A stretch of DNA of 64,000 nucleotides from Sphingobacteriia bacterium (GCA_011390785.1 JAABRR010000018.1:13208-77207); one strand, 5' to 3'; numbered from the stretch's first letter, positions 49,507 through 60,882 are shown. The notes: generated by a model not told the origin, from the sequence alone. Translations and numbers: made by a program.

Positions 49507-49803
49507 ATGTTAGAAAAAATTTCTTTCTCCTACAAAAACAGATACTTATATGCATTGGTATTGGTAGCTGCGGGGGTTTGGTTTGGTTTTTTTGATCAGA
49601 ATAATCTCATTCAGCAATACCGTTTAACCCGGCAAATAAAGGAGCTCGAAAAAGAAAAGGATTACTACAGGCAACAAATCGTTAGTGACAGTATTCATGT
49701 TGAGATGCTCCAAAATGACCCGGAAGAACTTGAACGCTATGCACGTGAGAAATACCTGATGAAAAAGAAGGATGAGGACATTTTTATTGTTCCTGAAGAT
49801 TAG
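49507..49803 (+). CDS. Septum formation initiator (FtsB/DivIC family)
   Basis: Single transmembrane helix, coiled coil, and ELERYAREKYLMKKKDEDIF. Confidence 0.85.
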   Translation: MLEKISFSYKNRYLYALVLVAAGVWFGFFDQNNLIQQYRLTRQIKELEKEKDYYRQQIVSDSIHVEMLQNDPEELERYAREKYLMKKKDEDIFIVPED

Positions 49804-49923
49804 CTATATTACTACGTTCTTAACAAGCTTACAGCAAACCGGCCAGAAATAATCGAGTCGTGGGTATCAAAACCTCATGAAGATAATCCAAAGATAAAAC
49901 CTTTCTTAATCAGATTTAAATAT

Positions 49924-52419
49924 TTAGACAGGATCAACATTGATCTTTAGCCTTACAGCTTTAAAAGTTGTATCGATGCTAAAGTTGTGAGTTATCTGGT
50001 TGAGTATTTTTTTTTGTTTTACAAAGTCCTTATTTCGGGATAGTTTCACCAAAATGTTTTTTAAATATTGCGCTTTAATGCGGGCAACCGGGGGAAATTC
50101 AGGGCCTAATATCTGGTCTATGGGTAGTTGCTGCCTTAACCGGGTTGCAAGATAAGCAGCAGAAGTATTCACTTTTTGTGGATCGGCATGCATAAGTGTT
50201 AATAATACAAGGCGATAAAAGGGAGGGTAATGAAAATTGCGCCGTTCAAGCATTTGTTGATGGTACATTTCTTCATAATTATTATCAATAACTTGCCTTA
50301 TAATAGTATGCCAGGGGTCGAGTGCCTGTATAATAACCTTTCCCCTGTTGTTTTTTCTTCCAGCACGGCCGCTAACCTGGGCCATCATTTGGTATGCACG
50401 TTCATGTGCCCTAAAATCAGGAAATCCAAGCATACTATCAGCACTTAGGATTCCTACTACTCCTACATTTTCAAAATCAAGGCCTTTGCTTACCATTTGT
50501 GTTCCCACCAAAATATCAATTTGCTTTTCTTCAAAATCACTGATGATATTGTTATAGGCATTTTTGGCACGGGTAGTATCAAGGTCCATACGTTTGATCC
50601 TTGCATCAGGGTAAAGAACAGGTAATTCTTCCTCTATTTTTTCTGTACCAAATCCTTTTAATGATATACCATTAGAACCGCACGATGGGCATTGATTATG
50701 GGGTGTAACAGAATAACCGCAGTAATGGCACTTCAGTTTATTAATATGTTTGTGATAAACCAGGCTAACATCGCATTGGGTGCATGTGGGGATGTAGTTG
50801 CATTGATCACATTCCATATGGATGGAGAAACCGCGCCTGTTTTTAAATAGAATTACCTGTTTTTTTTCTTCGAGTGCGGTTTGTATTTTTGTGTATAGTA
50901 AGGAAGATAAATGAGATTTCATTTTCTTCTCTCTGGATTCCTTCTTTATATCGGCCACCAGGATCTCGGGCATCTGCATACCTCCATATCTTTTCAAAAG
51001 GGTAACTAATCCATATTTTCCTGATTTGGCGTTGGAGTAGGATTCTATGGCTGGGGTTGCTGAACCCAAAAGAACTTTTGCCCCATGCTGGTTGGCCAGC
51101 CATAGAGCGGCATCACGCGCATTATACCGTGGTGCTGGGTCATGTTGTTTGTAAGACGTTTCGTGTTCTTCGTCAACAATGATCAGCCCCAGCTGACTAA
51201 ACGGAAGAAATACTGAAGATCTTGGTCCCACCACAAGCTGGTACGAAATTCTCTTACCTGTAGTTTCAATACCTCCATTTACAAGATTACTCCAAACCTC
51301 TGTACGTTCCATTTCATTAAACCGGGAGTGATAAACCCCGGCCTTATCTCCAAAATGATGCTGAATGCGCTTAATAATCTGGGTAGTAAGAGCTATTTCC
51401 GGTAACAGAAAAAGTGCCTGTTTCCCATTATCTAAAACCTCTCTAATCAGTTGAATATAAATTTCGGTTTTTCCGCTGGAAGTAACCCCGTGCAGTAGCA
51501 CACAATCTTTTTCCTTCCAGAGTTCTTTAATCTCTTTTAGCGCAAGTAATTGATAATCATTGAACACAATATCTTTTGCAGTGCGTGATGCGTGATTAAA
51601 ACGACTTACAGACTTTTGATAAATCTCAAATATTCCCTTCTTAACCAGAGCATCTATTGCACTTTGTGCATGTGTAACGCTTTGGTTGATTTCCTTTATG
51701 CTTACTTCCCGAAGAGTTGATTGATAGCGGCCCGAAATCTTAATCCAGGCAATGATTACTTCAAGTTGTCGAGGAGCTCTTTTCTCTGCATAGTCAAAAG
51801 CTTCTTTAAGATTTTCTTCACTTTGATAAGCTTCACTAAGCCTGATAAATTTTTCAATTTTTGGCCTGTAAGGATTTTCAAGTTCTTCATGAAGAAAAAT
51901 GATTTTTTTATCCATCAGGTTTCCAATAAGGTTAAATACCTTTTGTTGGCCGGTAATTTTAGTGATTTCACTTAAAGAGAGAGTTTTCTGTATTTCCAGA
52001 GTTTCAATAATCAGATGTTCTTTTTCGTTAAGCTGTGGCAGTTCGTCAGTAAAATCGGGGTTGAGGGTTATTTTGGTTTCGCTTGCCAGTTTCATGGCCG
52101 AAGGCAAAGCAACGTTCATTACATCCCCGATAGCAGCCATGTAATAATCTGCCACCCACTCCCAAAATTCAAATTGTTTAATGGTAACCACTGGCATGTG
52201 GTCTAATACAGAAAGGATATATTTTGCCTGAAAATTTTGTGGTGGAGTATGATGAACTTTGCGAACTAGTCCCGAATAGATCTTTCTTGCACCAAAAGGA
52301 ACCACAACCCTGATGCCAGTTTGTATCAATTCATTCATTTCGCCGGGCACCCGGTAGGTAAAATACCCAGGCAGGGGTAAAGGGAGAAGAATGTCAACAA
52401 ATAGGGTGATTTTTTCCAT
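49924..52419 (-). CDS. priA: Primosomal protein N' (replication restart helicase)
   Basis: HGVTSSGKTE, DEEH, GSATP, two CxxC zinc clusters and QVSGRAGR. Confidence 0.97.
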   Translation of the reverse strand: MEKITLFVDILLPLPLPGYFTYRVPGEMNELIQTGIRVVVPFGARKIYSGLVRKVHHTPPQNFQAKYILSVLDHMPVVTIKQFEFWEWVADYYMAAIGDVMNVALPSAMKLASETKITLNPDFTDELPQLNEKEHLIIETLEIQKTLSLSEITKITGQQKVFNLIGNLMDKKIIFLHEELENPYRPKIEKFIRLSEAYQSEENLKEAFDYAEKRAPRQLEVIIAWIKISGRYQSTLREVSIKEINQSVTHAQSAIDALVKKGIFEIYQKSVSRFNHASRTAKDIVFNDYQLLALKEIKELWKEKDCVLLHGVTSSGKTEIYIQLIREVLDNGKQALFLLPEIALTTQIIKRIQHHFGDKAGVYHSRFNEMERTEVWSNLVNGGIETTGKRISYQLVVGPRSSVFLPFSQLGLIIVDEEHETSYKQHDPAPRYNARDAALWLANQHGAKVLLGSATPAIESYSNAKSGKYGLVTLLKRYGGMQMPEILVADIKKESREKKMKSHLSSLLYTKIQTALEEKKQVILFKNRRGFSIHMECDQCNYIPTCTQCDVSLVYHKHINKLKCHYCGYSVTPHNQCPSCGSNGISLKGFGTEKIEEELPVLYPDARIKRMDLDTTRAKNAYNNIISDFEEKQIDILVGTQMVSKGLDFENVGVVGILSADSMLGFPDFRAHERAYQMMAQVSGRAGRKNNRGKVIIQALDPWHTIIRQVIDNNYEEMYHQQMLERRNFHYPPFYRLVLLTLMHADPQKVNTSAAYLATRLRQQLPIDQILGPEFPPVARIKAQYLKNILVKLSRNKDFVKQKKILNQITHNFSIDTTFKAVRLKINVDPV

Positions 52420-52485
52420 GCGGATTAAGAAAATAAAGGATGATAAAGATAGCTCTTACCGGAATAGATTGCAAAAGTGTTAACC

Positions 52486-52521
52486 AAAAAAAACTGCAAC
52501 TGGTTAAAAGTTGCAGTTTTT
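52486..52521 (-). terminator. Intrinsic terminator after pfkA
   Basis: Minus strand CTGCAAC, 9-nt loop, GTTGCAG, followed by T8. Confidence 0.8.
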
Positions 52522-52544
52522 ATTCTGTTAAGCTATCACGAGTT

Positions 52545-53642
52545 TTAATCACCCATGCAAATACCAACTCCTCTGGCAGTTCTAACCATGTTAGAATCGG
52601 GATCTACAAAGTTATATTGTGCAATTGCTTCTTTAAACGGAACCGATACAATATTTGGATGACGATACGATACCATTTCTCCGTAACGGCCTTCGAGTAC
52701 CATTTCAAAAGCTTTAACACCAAATTGAGTAGCCAAAACACGGTCGTAAGCTGTAGGTGTACCTCCGCGCTGAAGGTGGCCTAAAACAGTTTCGCGCATA
52801 TCGGCCTCCATACCACCATCTTTCAGTTCTTTGATCAATTTGGTAGCTACTCCACCCAAACGTACATTTTTATAGCCTGTTTCAGTGCTTTCTTCGTAAA
52901 ACATTTCACCGTCTTTGGGTTTTGCCCCTTCTGCCACAACAATAATGGCAAATCCACGGCCTTTGTTAAAGCGCTGATAAATTTTATCAACTACTTTGGG
53001 GATATCATAAGGGATTTCAGGAATCAGACATACATGAGCTCCGCCGGCAACAGCTGCGTGAAGTGCTATCCAACCAGCATAACGGCCCATTACTTCAAGA
53101 ACAAGTACCCTGTTGTGACTTTCGGCCGTGGTTACGAGTTTATCAACGGCAGAAGTTGCCTCCTGAACAGCTGTTTGGAAACCGAAAGTAAAATCGGTTG
53201 CCGACAGGTCATTATCTATGGTTTTGGGAACACCAATAATATTGAGTCCTTTATCGAATAATTGTTGTGAAATAGATTGTGAACCATCTCCACCAATATT
53301 GATAACTGCATCAACACCAAGATATTGCAAACGCCGGAGCATTTCATCAGAACGGTCGGCGCTTCCCCAGCTACCATCGGGGTTCTTTATAGGCCAGGCA
53401 AATGGGCCACCCTTGTTGGTGGTACCAATGATTGTACCCCCTCTAATGTGGATTCCACCCACTCTCCTGCTATCTAAAACAACTATTTCATTAGGTTCAT
53501 TTAAAATACCATCAAAAGCATTGATACTTCCAATTACTTCCCAATTCTGTTCTCTTGCTGCTCTGAGGGTAATAGCCCTGATTACCGCATTTAAACCGGG
53601 GCAATCTCCACCTCCGGTTGCTACTAAAACTCTTTTTTTCAT
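52545..53642 (-). CDS. pfkA: 6-phosphofructokinase (PfkA superfamily, group III-like)
   Basis: TGGGDCPGLN, GGTIIGT, IGGDGS, PKTIDND, EVMGRYAG and LGHLQRGG motifs. Confidence 0.93.
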   Translation of the reverse strand: MKKRVLVATGGGDCPGLNAVIRAITLRAAREQNWEVIGSINAFDGILNEPNEIVVLDSRRVGGIHIRGGTIIGTTNKGGPFAWPIKNPDGSWGSADRSDEMLRRLQYLGVDAVINIGGDGSQSISQQLFDKGLNIIGVPKTIDNDLSATDFTFGFQTAVQEATSAVDKLVTTAESHNRVLVLEVMGRYAGWIALHAAVAGGAHVCLIPEIPYDIPKVVDKIYQRFNKGRGFAIIVVAEGAKPKDGEMFYEESTETGYKNVRLGGVATKLIKELKDGGMEADMRETVLGHLQRGGTPTAYDRVLATQFGVKAFEMVLEGRYGEMVSYRHPNIVSVPFKEAIAQYNFVDPDSNMVRTARGVGICMGD

Positions 53643-53811
53643 TACTTTTTTATATTAATATCAATAAAAAAGCAAAATATTATCCGGCTGTATGAAAGCT
53701 GGTAAAATTTTGCCTGATTTATATTTTTAATTATTATTTCGTTCAAAAAAAAGGAATACTCTTCACTGAAACGATTTAAAAATCTTTGTTTTTGCGATGC
53801 TTTCCTATCAT

Positions 53812-54057
53812 AAAAAAGGAAAAAGGAAAAATTTGCCGATAGCCAGGACAGTTCAAATATCATTTACAATACAAGTACTGAACATTCAATTTACTGTAGT
53901 CAAAGCTACTGACGGCAAATTTCCTTTTTTTCCTAAGTTTTGCGTGTTTCACAACAAGCAAATCACCCTTAAATCCGGGAGCAAATCTTAGCTGTCAATA
54001 AGACTTGAACCCATGGATAAAAACAACACATTTTTACCCAATTTATCAAAACACGCA
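53812..54057 (-). ncRNA. Candidate structured RNA (sRNA or pfkA leader)
   Basis: A consensus TATCTTTG promoter (54058-54065, minus) is followed by a multi-stem domain and a long U-tailed hairpin. The G-U pairs form only on the minus strand. Confidence 0.5.
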
Positions 54058-54189
54058 CAAAGATAATATTTTATTGGTAACGGGCCGAAAGGATCGATGT
54101 TAAATTTTTGTTATTTATTTCTTCCTGTGACAAATGCCTTCTTTTTTAAACAATAGGAGCAAAATAAACATCTTTTTTTTAAACAACCC

Positions 54190-55395
54190 CTACTTTTTAT
54201 CGTGATCTATCCGTTTTCTTAAAGGTTTTTGTCGTGACTCTGTTTTGTGAATTTTCTTTGTACCCTTATAGAGTTCATATCCTAAAAAACGACATTCGAT
54301 TTGCCCGTTAAATACCATAGTTTGCGTAAAGTGTCGCAAACCTATCTTGTGTGTCAGTAGTTTGTCCGGGCTTATAATCCAGGCTTTAAATCCCGCATAA
54401 TTATGTTTTAAGGCAGTACCCATATTCTGGTAGTATTCACTTATATTTTCACTTTGTAACCTGCGGCCATAGGGAGGATTGATAATAACCATTCCATTAT
54501 CGTGAGAAGGAATTGACTGGAAGAAATCTCTCTTTTCAAGTTTTACTCTACCCAGCAAACCTGCTTCCATAAGATTTTGACGTGCAGCATCCATAGCAAG
54601 GTTGCTGATATCAGACGCCAGTATTTCTGGTGAATTTTTCAGTTCCCCATCACGGGCCTCTTGCTTGAGAGATTCCCATAAAGCAAAATCAAAATTCTGC
54701 CAGTTAAAGAAGGAAAAATTTCTACGAAAAATCGATGGCGCCATATTCAGTGCCATCATACCTGCTTCAATACTAAAAGTTGCGCTACCACACATGGGGT
54801 CATAAAAAGGTTGTTGTTTATCCCACCCTGAAAGCATAATTAATCCCGCTCCAAGCACTTCATTCAATGGAGCTGTAACATTTTTTCTGCGGTATCCTCT
54901 CTTGAAAAGTGGGGCTCCGCTGCTATCAAGCGACACCGAGCAGTTGTTTTTTGTTATAAATATATTTACTTTTATTTGAGGTTCGTCAATATCTACATTA
55001 GGCCGTTTCCCTGTTTTTTCTGTAAAATAATCTGCAATGGCGTCCTTGGTGCGTTGTGCAAGAAAATGGGTATTTGTAAAAACCGAGTCAAATGCCAATG
55101 CATTAATCGCGATGGTTTTATTTACAGAAAAAATGTCGTCCCATTTGTATTCTCTTAAAATATCATAGTAATCCTGCTGCGTTTCAAAAGGAAATTCGAA
55201 TAACGGTTGAAGTATGCTTAGAGCAGTGCGGCTCCAAAGATTTGCCTTATAGAGTATTTGTTTATCACCCTTAAAAGATACCGCTCTTCTTTGTTGTTGA
55301 ACATCATTGGCACCCAATTCTATAAGTTCCTTTTCTAGCAAGCCCTCAAGGCCTGCAAGGGTTTTGGCAATCATTCTCTCATTTTCTTTTTCCAC
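54190..55395 (-). CDS. THUMP-domain class I SAM-dependent RNA methyltransferase (RlmL-like)
   Basis: GLE..L..EL, KDAIAD, SLDSSG.PLFKRGYR, APLNE.L, DPMCGS and NPPYG motifs. Confidence 0.9.
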   Translation of the reverse strand: MEKENERMIAKTLAGLEGLLEKELIELGANDVQQQRRAVSFKGDKQILYKANLWSRTALSILQPLFEFPFETQQDYYDILREYKWDDIFSVNKTIAINALAFDSVFTNTHFLAQRTKDAIADYFTEKTGKRPNVDIDEPQIKVNIFITKNNCSVSLDSSGAPLFKRGYRRKNVTAPLNEVLGAGLIMLSGWDKQQPFYDPMCGSATFSIEAGMMALNMAPSIFRRNFSFFNWQNFDFALWESLKQEARDGELKNSPEILASDISNLAMDAARQNLMEAGLLGRVKLEKRDFFQSIPSHDNGMVIINPPYGRRLQSENISEYYQNMGTALKHNYAGFKAWIISPDKLLTHKIGLRHFTQTMVFNGQIECRFLGYELYKGTKKIHKTESRQKPLRKRIDHDKK

Positions 55396-55424
55396 TGTAG
55401 GGTATATTTAGGGAATTATTTGAT

Positions 55425-56684
55425 CTATTGAATCTTTCCGTTAATGATCACTGTATGTACTTTATTGCTTCCAAAAGCGTAGGGCATAAAAGCATAGGAT
55501 GGTATTTTGTGCGAAATAAAAACATTTGCTTTTTTACCCAGTGCAATGCTTCCCAGCTCATGTTGCAGATCCATGGCATATGCCCCGTTAATAGTTACAG
55601 CGTTGATCACTTCTTCGGGAAGCATTTTCATTTTAATTGAGCCAAGCGACATAATCAATTGCATATTTCCTGATGGAGAAGACCCCGGGTTGTAATCGCT
55701 GGCAAGTGCAAGGGGTAAACCGGCATCTATCATTTTACGGGCAGGAGGAAAGTCCATTTCAAGGAAGAAAGCCGCACCTGGCAGCAGGCAGGGCATTGTA
55801 TCGGAGTTTAAAAGAGCTTCAATCTCCTTTTCAGCTGTAAATTCCAAATGATCAACCGATAAGGCATTATATTTAACACCCACCTGAATGCCACCGGAAA
55901 AATCGAGTTCATTGGCATGAATTTTAGGCTTTAAGCCATGTTTTATGCCTGCCATTAGAATCCGGTCTGTATCTTCTTCTGTAAAGAAACCCCGATCGCA
56001 AAAAACATCTATATAATCTGCCAGATCTTCGCCGGCAACTTCGGGAATCATCTCATTGATAACCAGGTCAACATATTCGCTCTGTCTACCTTTATATTCA
56101 GCAGGTACTGCATGGGCTCCCAAAAATGTAGATTTAATAGCCAATGGGCTGATTTCTTTGAGTTTGCGAATAACACGCAACATTTTCATCTCGCTTTCGG
56201 CGGTAAGTCCATAGCCCGATTTGATCTCAACTGCGCCGGTCCCCATCATTTTAATTTCCTGAAGTCTTTCCAGAGCCTGATCAATCAAAGATAATTCAGA
56301 TGCATTTTGTAGCCTTTTGGCTGAATTCAGTATTCCGCCGCCACGTTTTGCAATCTGTTCGTAAGAAAGGCCTCTGATTTTATCAATATACTCTATTTCC
56401 CGGCTTCCGTCATAAACAATATGGGTATGAGAATCGCAAAACGAAGGAAAGACCATACGTCCGCTGGCATCAATTTCCTTTACATCATTTTTTGTAGCCT
56501 GAAAAAAAATATCACTTTGTGAAAAGGCATCCATTTTACCAAAAGCCCTGATAATACCCTCTTCAATAAAAAGATAGGCATTTTCAAGGGTTGGGAGATC
56601 AGACATTGCTTTTCCACAAACTTTTTCGGGTGAGTTGCGATCTATCTGAACAAGTTGCTTAATATTACGAATGAGAATTTTCAT
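55425..56684 (-). CDS. hutI: Imidazolonepropionase
   Basis: DSHTH, YEQIAKRGGGI, EIKSGYGL, DVFCD.GFF, IHANEL and SDYNPGS motifs. Confidence 0.95.
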   Translation of the reverse strand: MKILIRNIKQLVQIDRNSPEKVCGKAMSDLPTLENAYLFIEEGIIRAFGKMDAFSQSDIFFQATKNDVKEIDASGRMVFPSFCDSHTHIVYDGSREIEYIDKIRGLSYEQIAKRGGGILNSAKRLQNASELSLIDQALERLQEIKMMGTGAVEIKSGYGLTAESEMKMLRVIRKLKEISPLAIKSTFLGAHAVPAEYKGRQSEYVDLVINEMIPEVAGEDLADYIDVFCDRGFFTEEDTDRILMAGIKHGLKPKIHANELDFSGGIQVGVKYNALSVDHLEFTAEKEIEALLNSDTMPCLLPGAAFFLEMDFPPARKMIDAGLPLALASDYNPGSSPSGNMQLIMSLGSIKMKMLPEEVINAVTINGAYAMDLQHELGSIALGKKANVFISHKIPSYAFMPYAFGSNKVHTVIINGKIQ

Positions 56685-56811
56685 GTATCAATTAAAAGTT
56701 TGAACGGATTTGTAGAATAAAAACTATTCACTAATAATAACAACCCTTAATCAACCATATTCTGATGGGAAGAATGAGTAATTTTTCGGGTCTGTAAAAC
56801 CCAGGAGAATA

Positions 56812-59574
56812 CTAAACAACAATATTTACGATTTTTTTGGGTACAATAATTACTTTTCTTGGGGTTTTTCCCTGAAGCCATTTTTGTGCTTCATCCATTT
56901 TAAGCACAGTTTCCTCTACTTCTTTGCTTGTGGCACCTGCTGCGATTTCTACCTTAAACCGTGTTTTTCCATTAAAAGAAACCGGGTACAGATCCATTTC
57001 TTCGGCTATATACTCTTCTTTGTATACTGGATAGTTTTCTTCTACAATACTTTTGTTGTTACCCAGCAGGTGCCAGAGTTCTTCTGCTATATGGGGGGCA
57101 AATGGAGAAATCAGTATTGCCAGTGGCGAAAGGATTTCTTGTTTGTTACATTTTAGCTCAGTTAGTTCGTTTATACAAATCATAAAGGCGCTTACTGCGG
57201 TATTGAAAGAAAATTTTTCAATGTCTTCGGTTATTTTCTTAATGGTTTTGTGTAGAACTTTGAGCTCGTCTGGTGTTGGCTGGCCATCACCAACTTCAAA
57301 TTCATTGTTGGCATTATGGTATAATCTCCAGAGTTTTCTGATGAAGCGGAACACACCTTCTATACCATTGGTATCCCAGGGTTTTGCATATTCTAGTGGT
57401 CCAAGAAACATTTCATAAAGTCTTAAGGTATCGGCTCCATATTTCTGAATAAGATCATCGGGGTTAACAACGTTGTGAAAAGATTTCGACATCTTCTCTA
57501 TCTCCCATCCGCAATGATATTTTTGGTCTTCGAGAATAAATTCGGCATCTTTGTATTCGGGGTTCCACTTTTTAAAAGCATCTATATCGAGTATATCATT
57601 GCTGACAATATTTACATCAACATGAATAGTCATGGTGTCATATTCTTTTCGCAAACCTTTTGACACATAGGTATTGGTTCCCTTAACACGATAAACGAAG
57701 TTAGACCGCCCCTGAATCATACCCTGATTGATCAGCTTTTTAAAAGGTTCTTCCTTTACACTTACCCCTATATCGAAGAGAAATTTATTCCAGAAACGCG
57801 AGTAAATAAGATGTCCGGTAGCATGTTCTGCTCCGCCAATATACAGGTCAACATCCTGCCAGTATTGAATGGCTTTCGGAGAAACGAGTTCACTGTCATT
57901 GTGCGGATCCATGTACCGCAAATAGTACGCACTTGAACCGGCAAAACCAGGCATAGTATTGGTTTCCAGCGGGTATCCTTCGTCTGTTTCCCAGTTGGTG
58001 GCTCTTGCAAGGGGCGGTTCTCCGCTTTCTGTGGGCAGGTATTTATCTACTTCGGGGAGCTCGAGTGGCAGTTTGCTTTCATCGAGCATATGTGGGATAT
58101 TGTTCTTGTAATAAACAGGGAAAGGTTCACCCCAGTATCGTTGCCGGCTGAAAATGGCATCGCGCAGGCGAAAATTGATGCGTCGGCTTCCAATGCCCTT
58201 ATCTTCCAACCTGTTAATTACTTTTGGAATGGCGTCTTCTACTTCTAACCCATCAAGAAAATCGCTGTTGATCATTTTACCCGTTTTGGCATCGTACGAT
58301 TCGTAGGCAATATTTCCTCCTGAAACAACTTCAGTAATGGGTAGATTAAAGTATTTGGCAAATGCATAATCGCGACTGTCGTGAGCGGGAACAGCCATAA
58401 TTGCTCCTGTTCCATAGCCGGCCAGCACATAATCGGCAACATAAACCGGAATTGGATTTTTCGAAAAAGGATGCTGGCAATAAGCTCCGGTAAACTGACC
58501 GCTCACAGTTTTTACTTCTGCCATTCTTTCTCTTTCAGACCGGTTGCGGGCCATCGTAACATATTCCTTTATTTTTTGAGCATATTCGGGTGTTGTAATC
58601 TGATTGGTATACTCATGCTCAGGGGCAACTACCATAAAAGTAGACCCAAAAATGGTATCGGGGCGGGTGGTAAAGACTTCCAAAGATAAGTTATGATTTT
58701 TAACCGGGAAAAAAATTGTAGCCCCTTCGGAGCGTCCAATCCAGTTGCGCTGAATTTCTTTCAAAGACTCGCTCCAATCTACATGATCAAGACCGTTTAG
58801 CAGCCTTTCAGAGTAAGCCGTTATTCTAAGCAGCCACTGCTGCATTTTTTTCTTTTCAACGAGATGGCCCCCTCTAACAGAGAATCCTTCTTTTACTTCA
58901 TCGTTTGCCAGCACAGTGCCGAGTTTTGGGCACCAGTTAACCATTGTTTCAGAAAGATAAGCCAAACGATAATTCATCAGAATAGTTTGCTGCTGTTGTT
59001 CAGCCATATTATTCCACTGATTGGCAGAAAATGTATCTACAGGATCACAGGCTATATTAAGGCCTTCGTTTCCCGATTTTTCAAAAATTTTTATGAGCCG
59101 GTTTATGGGTTGAGCTTTTTGCAGCTCGTTATCGAAATAATGGTTAAATAGCTGAATAAAAGTCCATTGAGTCCATTTGTAATAGGATGGATCGCAGGTT
59201 TGCACTTCTCTGTTCCAATCGAATGAAAATCCAATTTTATCTAGCTGTTCGCGATATCTTTTAATGTTTCTTTCTGTTGTAATGGCTGGGTGTTGACCTG
59301 TTTGAATGGCATATTGCTCTGCCGGCAGGCCGTAAGCATCATATCCCATTGGATGCAGCACGTTAAAACCTTTTTGCCTTTTGAAGCGCGAATAAATATC
59401 CGATGCTATATATCCAAGCGGGTGCCCTACATGCAAACCTGCCCCAGATGGGTAAGGAAACATATCGAGCACGTAATATTTTGGTTTTTCGGTGTTGATA
59501 TCTATTTGGTAAGATTTGTTTTCGCGCCAGAAATTCTGCCATTTCTGCTCTATAGTAGTGAAATTATATTCCAT
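56812..59574 (-). CDS. leuS: Leucyl-tRNA synthetase
   Basis: [14 protein letters not shown], editing domain FTTRPDT, SRQRYWG and KMSKS motifs; TAATTTCG promoter-like site at 59607-59614. Confidence 0.98.
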   Translation of the reverse strand: MEYNFTTIEQKWQNFWRENKSYQIDINTEKPKYYVLDMFPYPSGAGLHVGHPLGYIASDIYSRFKRQKGFNVLHPMGYDAYGLPAEQYAIQTGQHPAITTERNIKRYREQLDKIGFSFDWNREVQTCDPSYYKWTQWTFIQLFNHYFDNELQKAQPINRLIKIFEKSGNEGLNIACDPVDTFSANQWNNMAEQQQQTILMNYRLAYLSETMVNWCPKLGTVLANDEVKEGFSVRGGHLVEKKKMQQWLLRITAYSERLLNGLDHVDWSESLKEIQRNWIGRSEGATIFFPVKNHNLSLEVFTTRPDTIFGSTFMVVAPEHEYTNQITTPEYAQKIKEYVTMARNRSERERMAEVKTVSGQFTGAYCQHPFSKNPIPVYVADYVLAGYGTGAIMAVPAHDSRDYAFAKYFNLPITEVVSGGNIAYESYDAKTGKMINSDFLDGLEVEDAIPKVINRLEDKGIGSRRINFRLRDAIFSRQRYWGEPFPVYYKNNIPHMLDESKLPLELPEVDKYLPTESGEPPLARATNWETDEGYPLETNTMPGFAGSSAYYLRYMDPHNDSELVSPKAIQYWQDVDLYIGGAEHATGHLIYSRFWNKFLFDIGVSVKEEPFKKLINQGMIQGRSNFVYRVKGTNTYVSKGLRKEYDTMTIHVDVNIVSNDILDIDAFKKWNPEYKDAEFILEDQKYHCGWEIEKMSKSFHNVVNPDDLIQKYGADTLRLYEMFLGPLEYAKPWDTNGIEGVFRFIRKLWRLYHNANNEFEVGDGQPTPDELKVLHKTIKKITEDIEKFSFNTAVSAFMICINELTELKCNKQEILSPLAILISPFAPHIAEELWHLLGNNKSIVEENYPVYKEEYIAEEMDLYPVSFNGKTRFKVEIAAGATSKEVEETVLKMDEAQKWLQGKTPRKVIIVPKKIVNIVV

Positions 59575-59727
59575 TGTATAAGGGATTTAGGCTTTTTTAC
59601 GAGGTGCGAAATTAGTAAAATTTATCGTATCCCTGTGTCCTTGGATAGGTTTTAAACAAAGTACGCTAAAAGCGTTGCAGGTAAGAAAATTGAAAGAAAT
59701 AAACGGTAAAAGTTGCCTTATGAATAA

Positions 59728-60882
59728 TTAATTATCCCTGGCAGCTATTTTGGGTAATGAAAACCAGAACGAACTGCCGTGGCCGTGTGTGCTGGTAAAA
59801 TCGAAAACTCCCTTATTTTTTTCAACAAAATCGCGAATTAGCAACATCCCCAAACCACTGCCTCTCTCGTTATGGGTGCCGGGTGTAGAATAAGATGTCT
59901 GACCAGAGTCTTTAAGTCTTGACATTTGCTCGATGGTCATACCCACACCGAAATCCGTTACCCTTACTTCTACTGATTGAGGTAGTTCTTTAATATTAAT
60001 ATCAATTTTCCCTCCTGGGTGTGAGTATTTTATGGAATTGGATAGCAGATTTCTTAAAACGGCATTCACCATTTCGAGATCTGTATAGGCCTGAAATATA
60101 GAACCATCAGTAGTAACATTGATCGAAACATCTTTTTTTCGGGCGGTAGGTTTAAACAAAGAAATAGTTTGGTTAACAAGAATAACAATTTCTACCGGCA
60201 TTGGGTTAATTTTAATACTCTGCATTTGTGAGCGCGACCAATCGAGCAGATTTTGCAGAAGACTAAAGGCTCTGCGGGCTGAATCGTGAATCATACCTGC
60301 CATTTGAATCACTTCCTTTTTATTGAAATATTCGATTTCCTTTTCTAAGGATTCTGTTCCGAAAAGGATATTATTAAAAAGGTTTTTCATATCATGAGAA
60401 ATGACTGAAAAAAGCTGGTTCTTTACTTCGTTAAGCCTTGCAAGCTCTTCATTTTGTGTGGTTATAAGATCGCGGTTATATTTCAATTCGAGATGAGTGA
60501 ATATTCTCTTTAGCAATTCAATGGCATTAAAAGGTTTTGTTACGTAATCAACAGCCCCTTTATCAAGTCCGTTGATAACATCTTGTTGATCAACTTTTGC
60601 AGTAAGAAAGATAACCGGTATATGAGCTGTTAATTGATCTTTTTTGAGTTTCTCACAAACTTCAAATCCATCCATACCTGGCATAGAAACATCGAGTAAA
60701 ATTAGATCGGGGATGTTATTCTTTATGGCTTTTAATGCTTTTACGCCACTTTCGGCATAATTAACCTTTAGTCCTTTTTCATTGAGAAGGTGAACGAGTA
60801 CCTGAATATTTTCTGGTACATCATCTACGATTAGGACCTTAAATCCTTTCCGACTGATTAGCTTTTCCTGATGTGTGTTCAT
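59728..60882 (-). CDS. Hybrid response regulator-histidine kinase (REC-HisKA-HATPase)
   Basis: IVDD, LLDVSMP and KP motifs; ISHDMKN, NSIKYS, DFGVGM and GSGLG. Confidence 0.92.
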   Translation of the reverse strand: MNTHQEKLISRKGFKVLIVDDVPENIQVLVHLLNEKGLKVNYAESGVKALKAIKNNIPDLILLDVSMPGMDGFEVCEKLKKDQLTAHIPVIFLTAKVDQQDVINGLDKGAVDYVTKPFNAIELLKRIFTHLELKYNRDLITTQNEELARLNEVKNQLFSVISHDMKNLFNNILFGTESLEKEIEYFNKKEVIQMAGMIHDSARRAFSLLQNLLDWSRSQMQSIKINPMPVEIVILVNQTISLFKPTARKKDVSINVTTDGSIFQAYTDLEMVNAVLRNLLSNSIKYSHPGGKIDINIKELPQSVEVRVTDFGVGMTIEQMSRLKDSGQTSYSTPGTHNERGSGLGMLLIRDFVEKNKGVFDFTSTHGHGSSFWFSLPKIAARDN

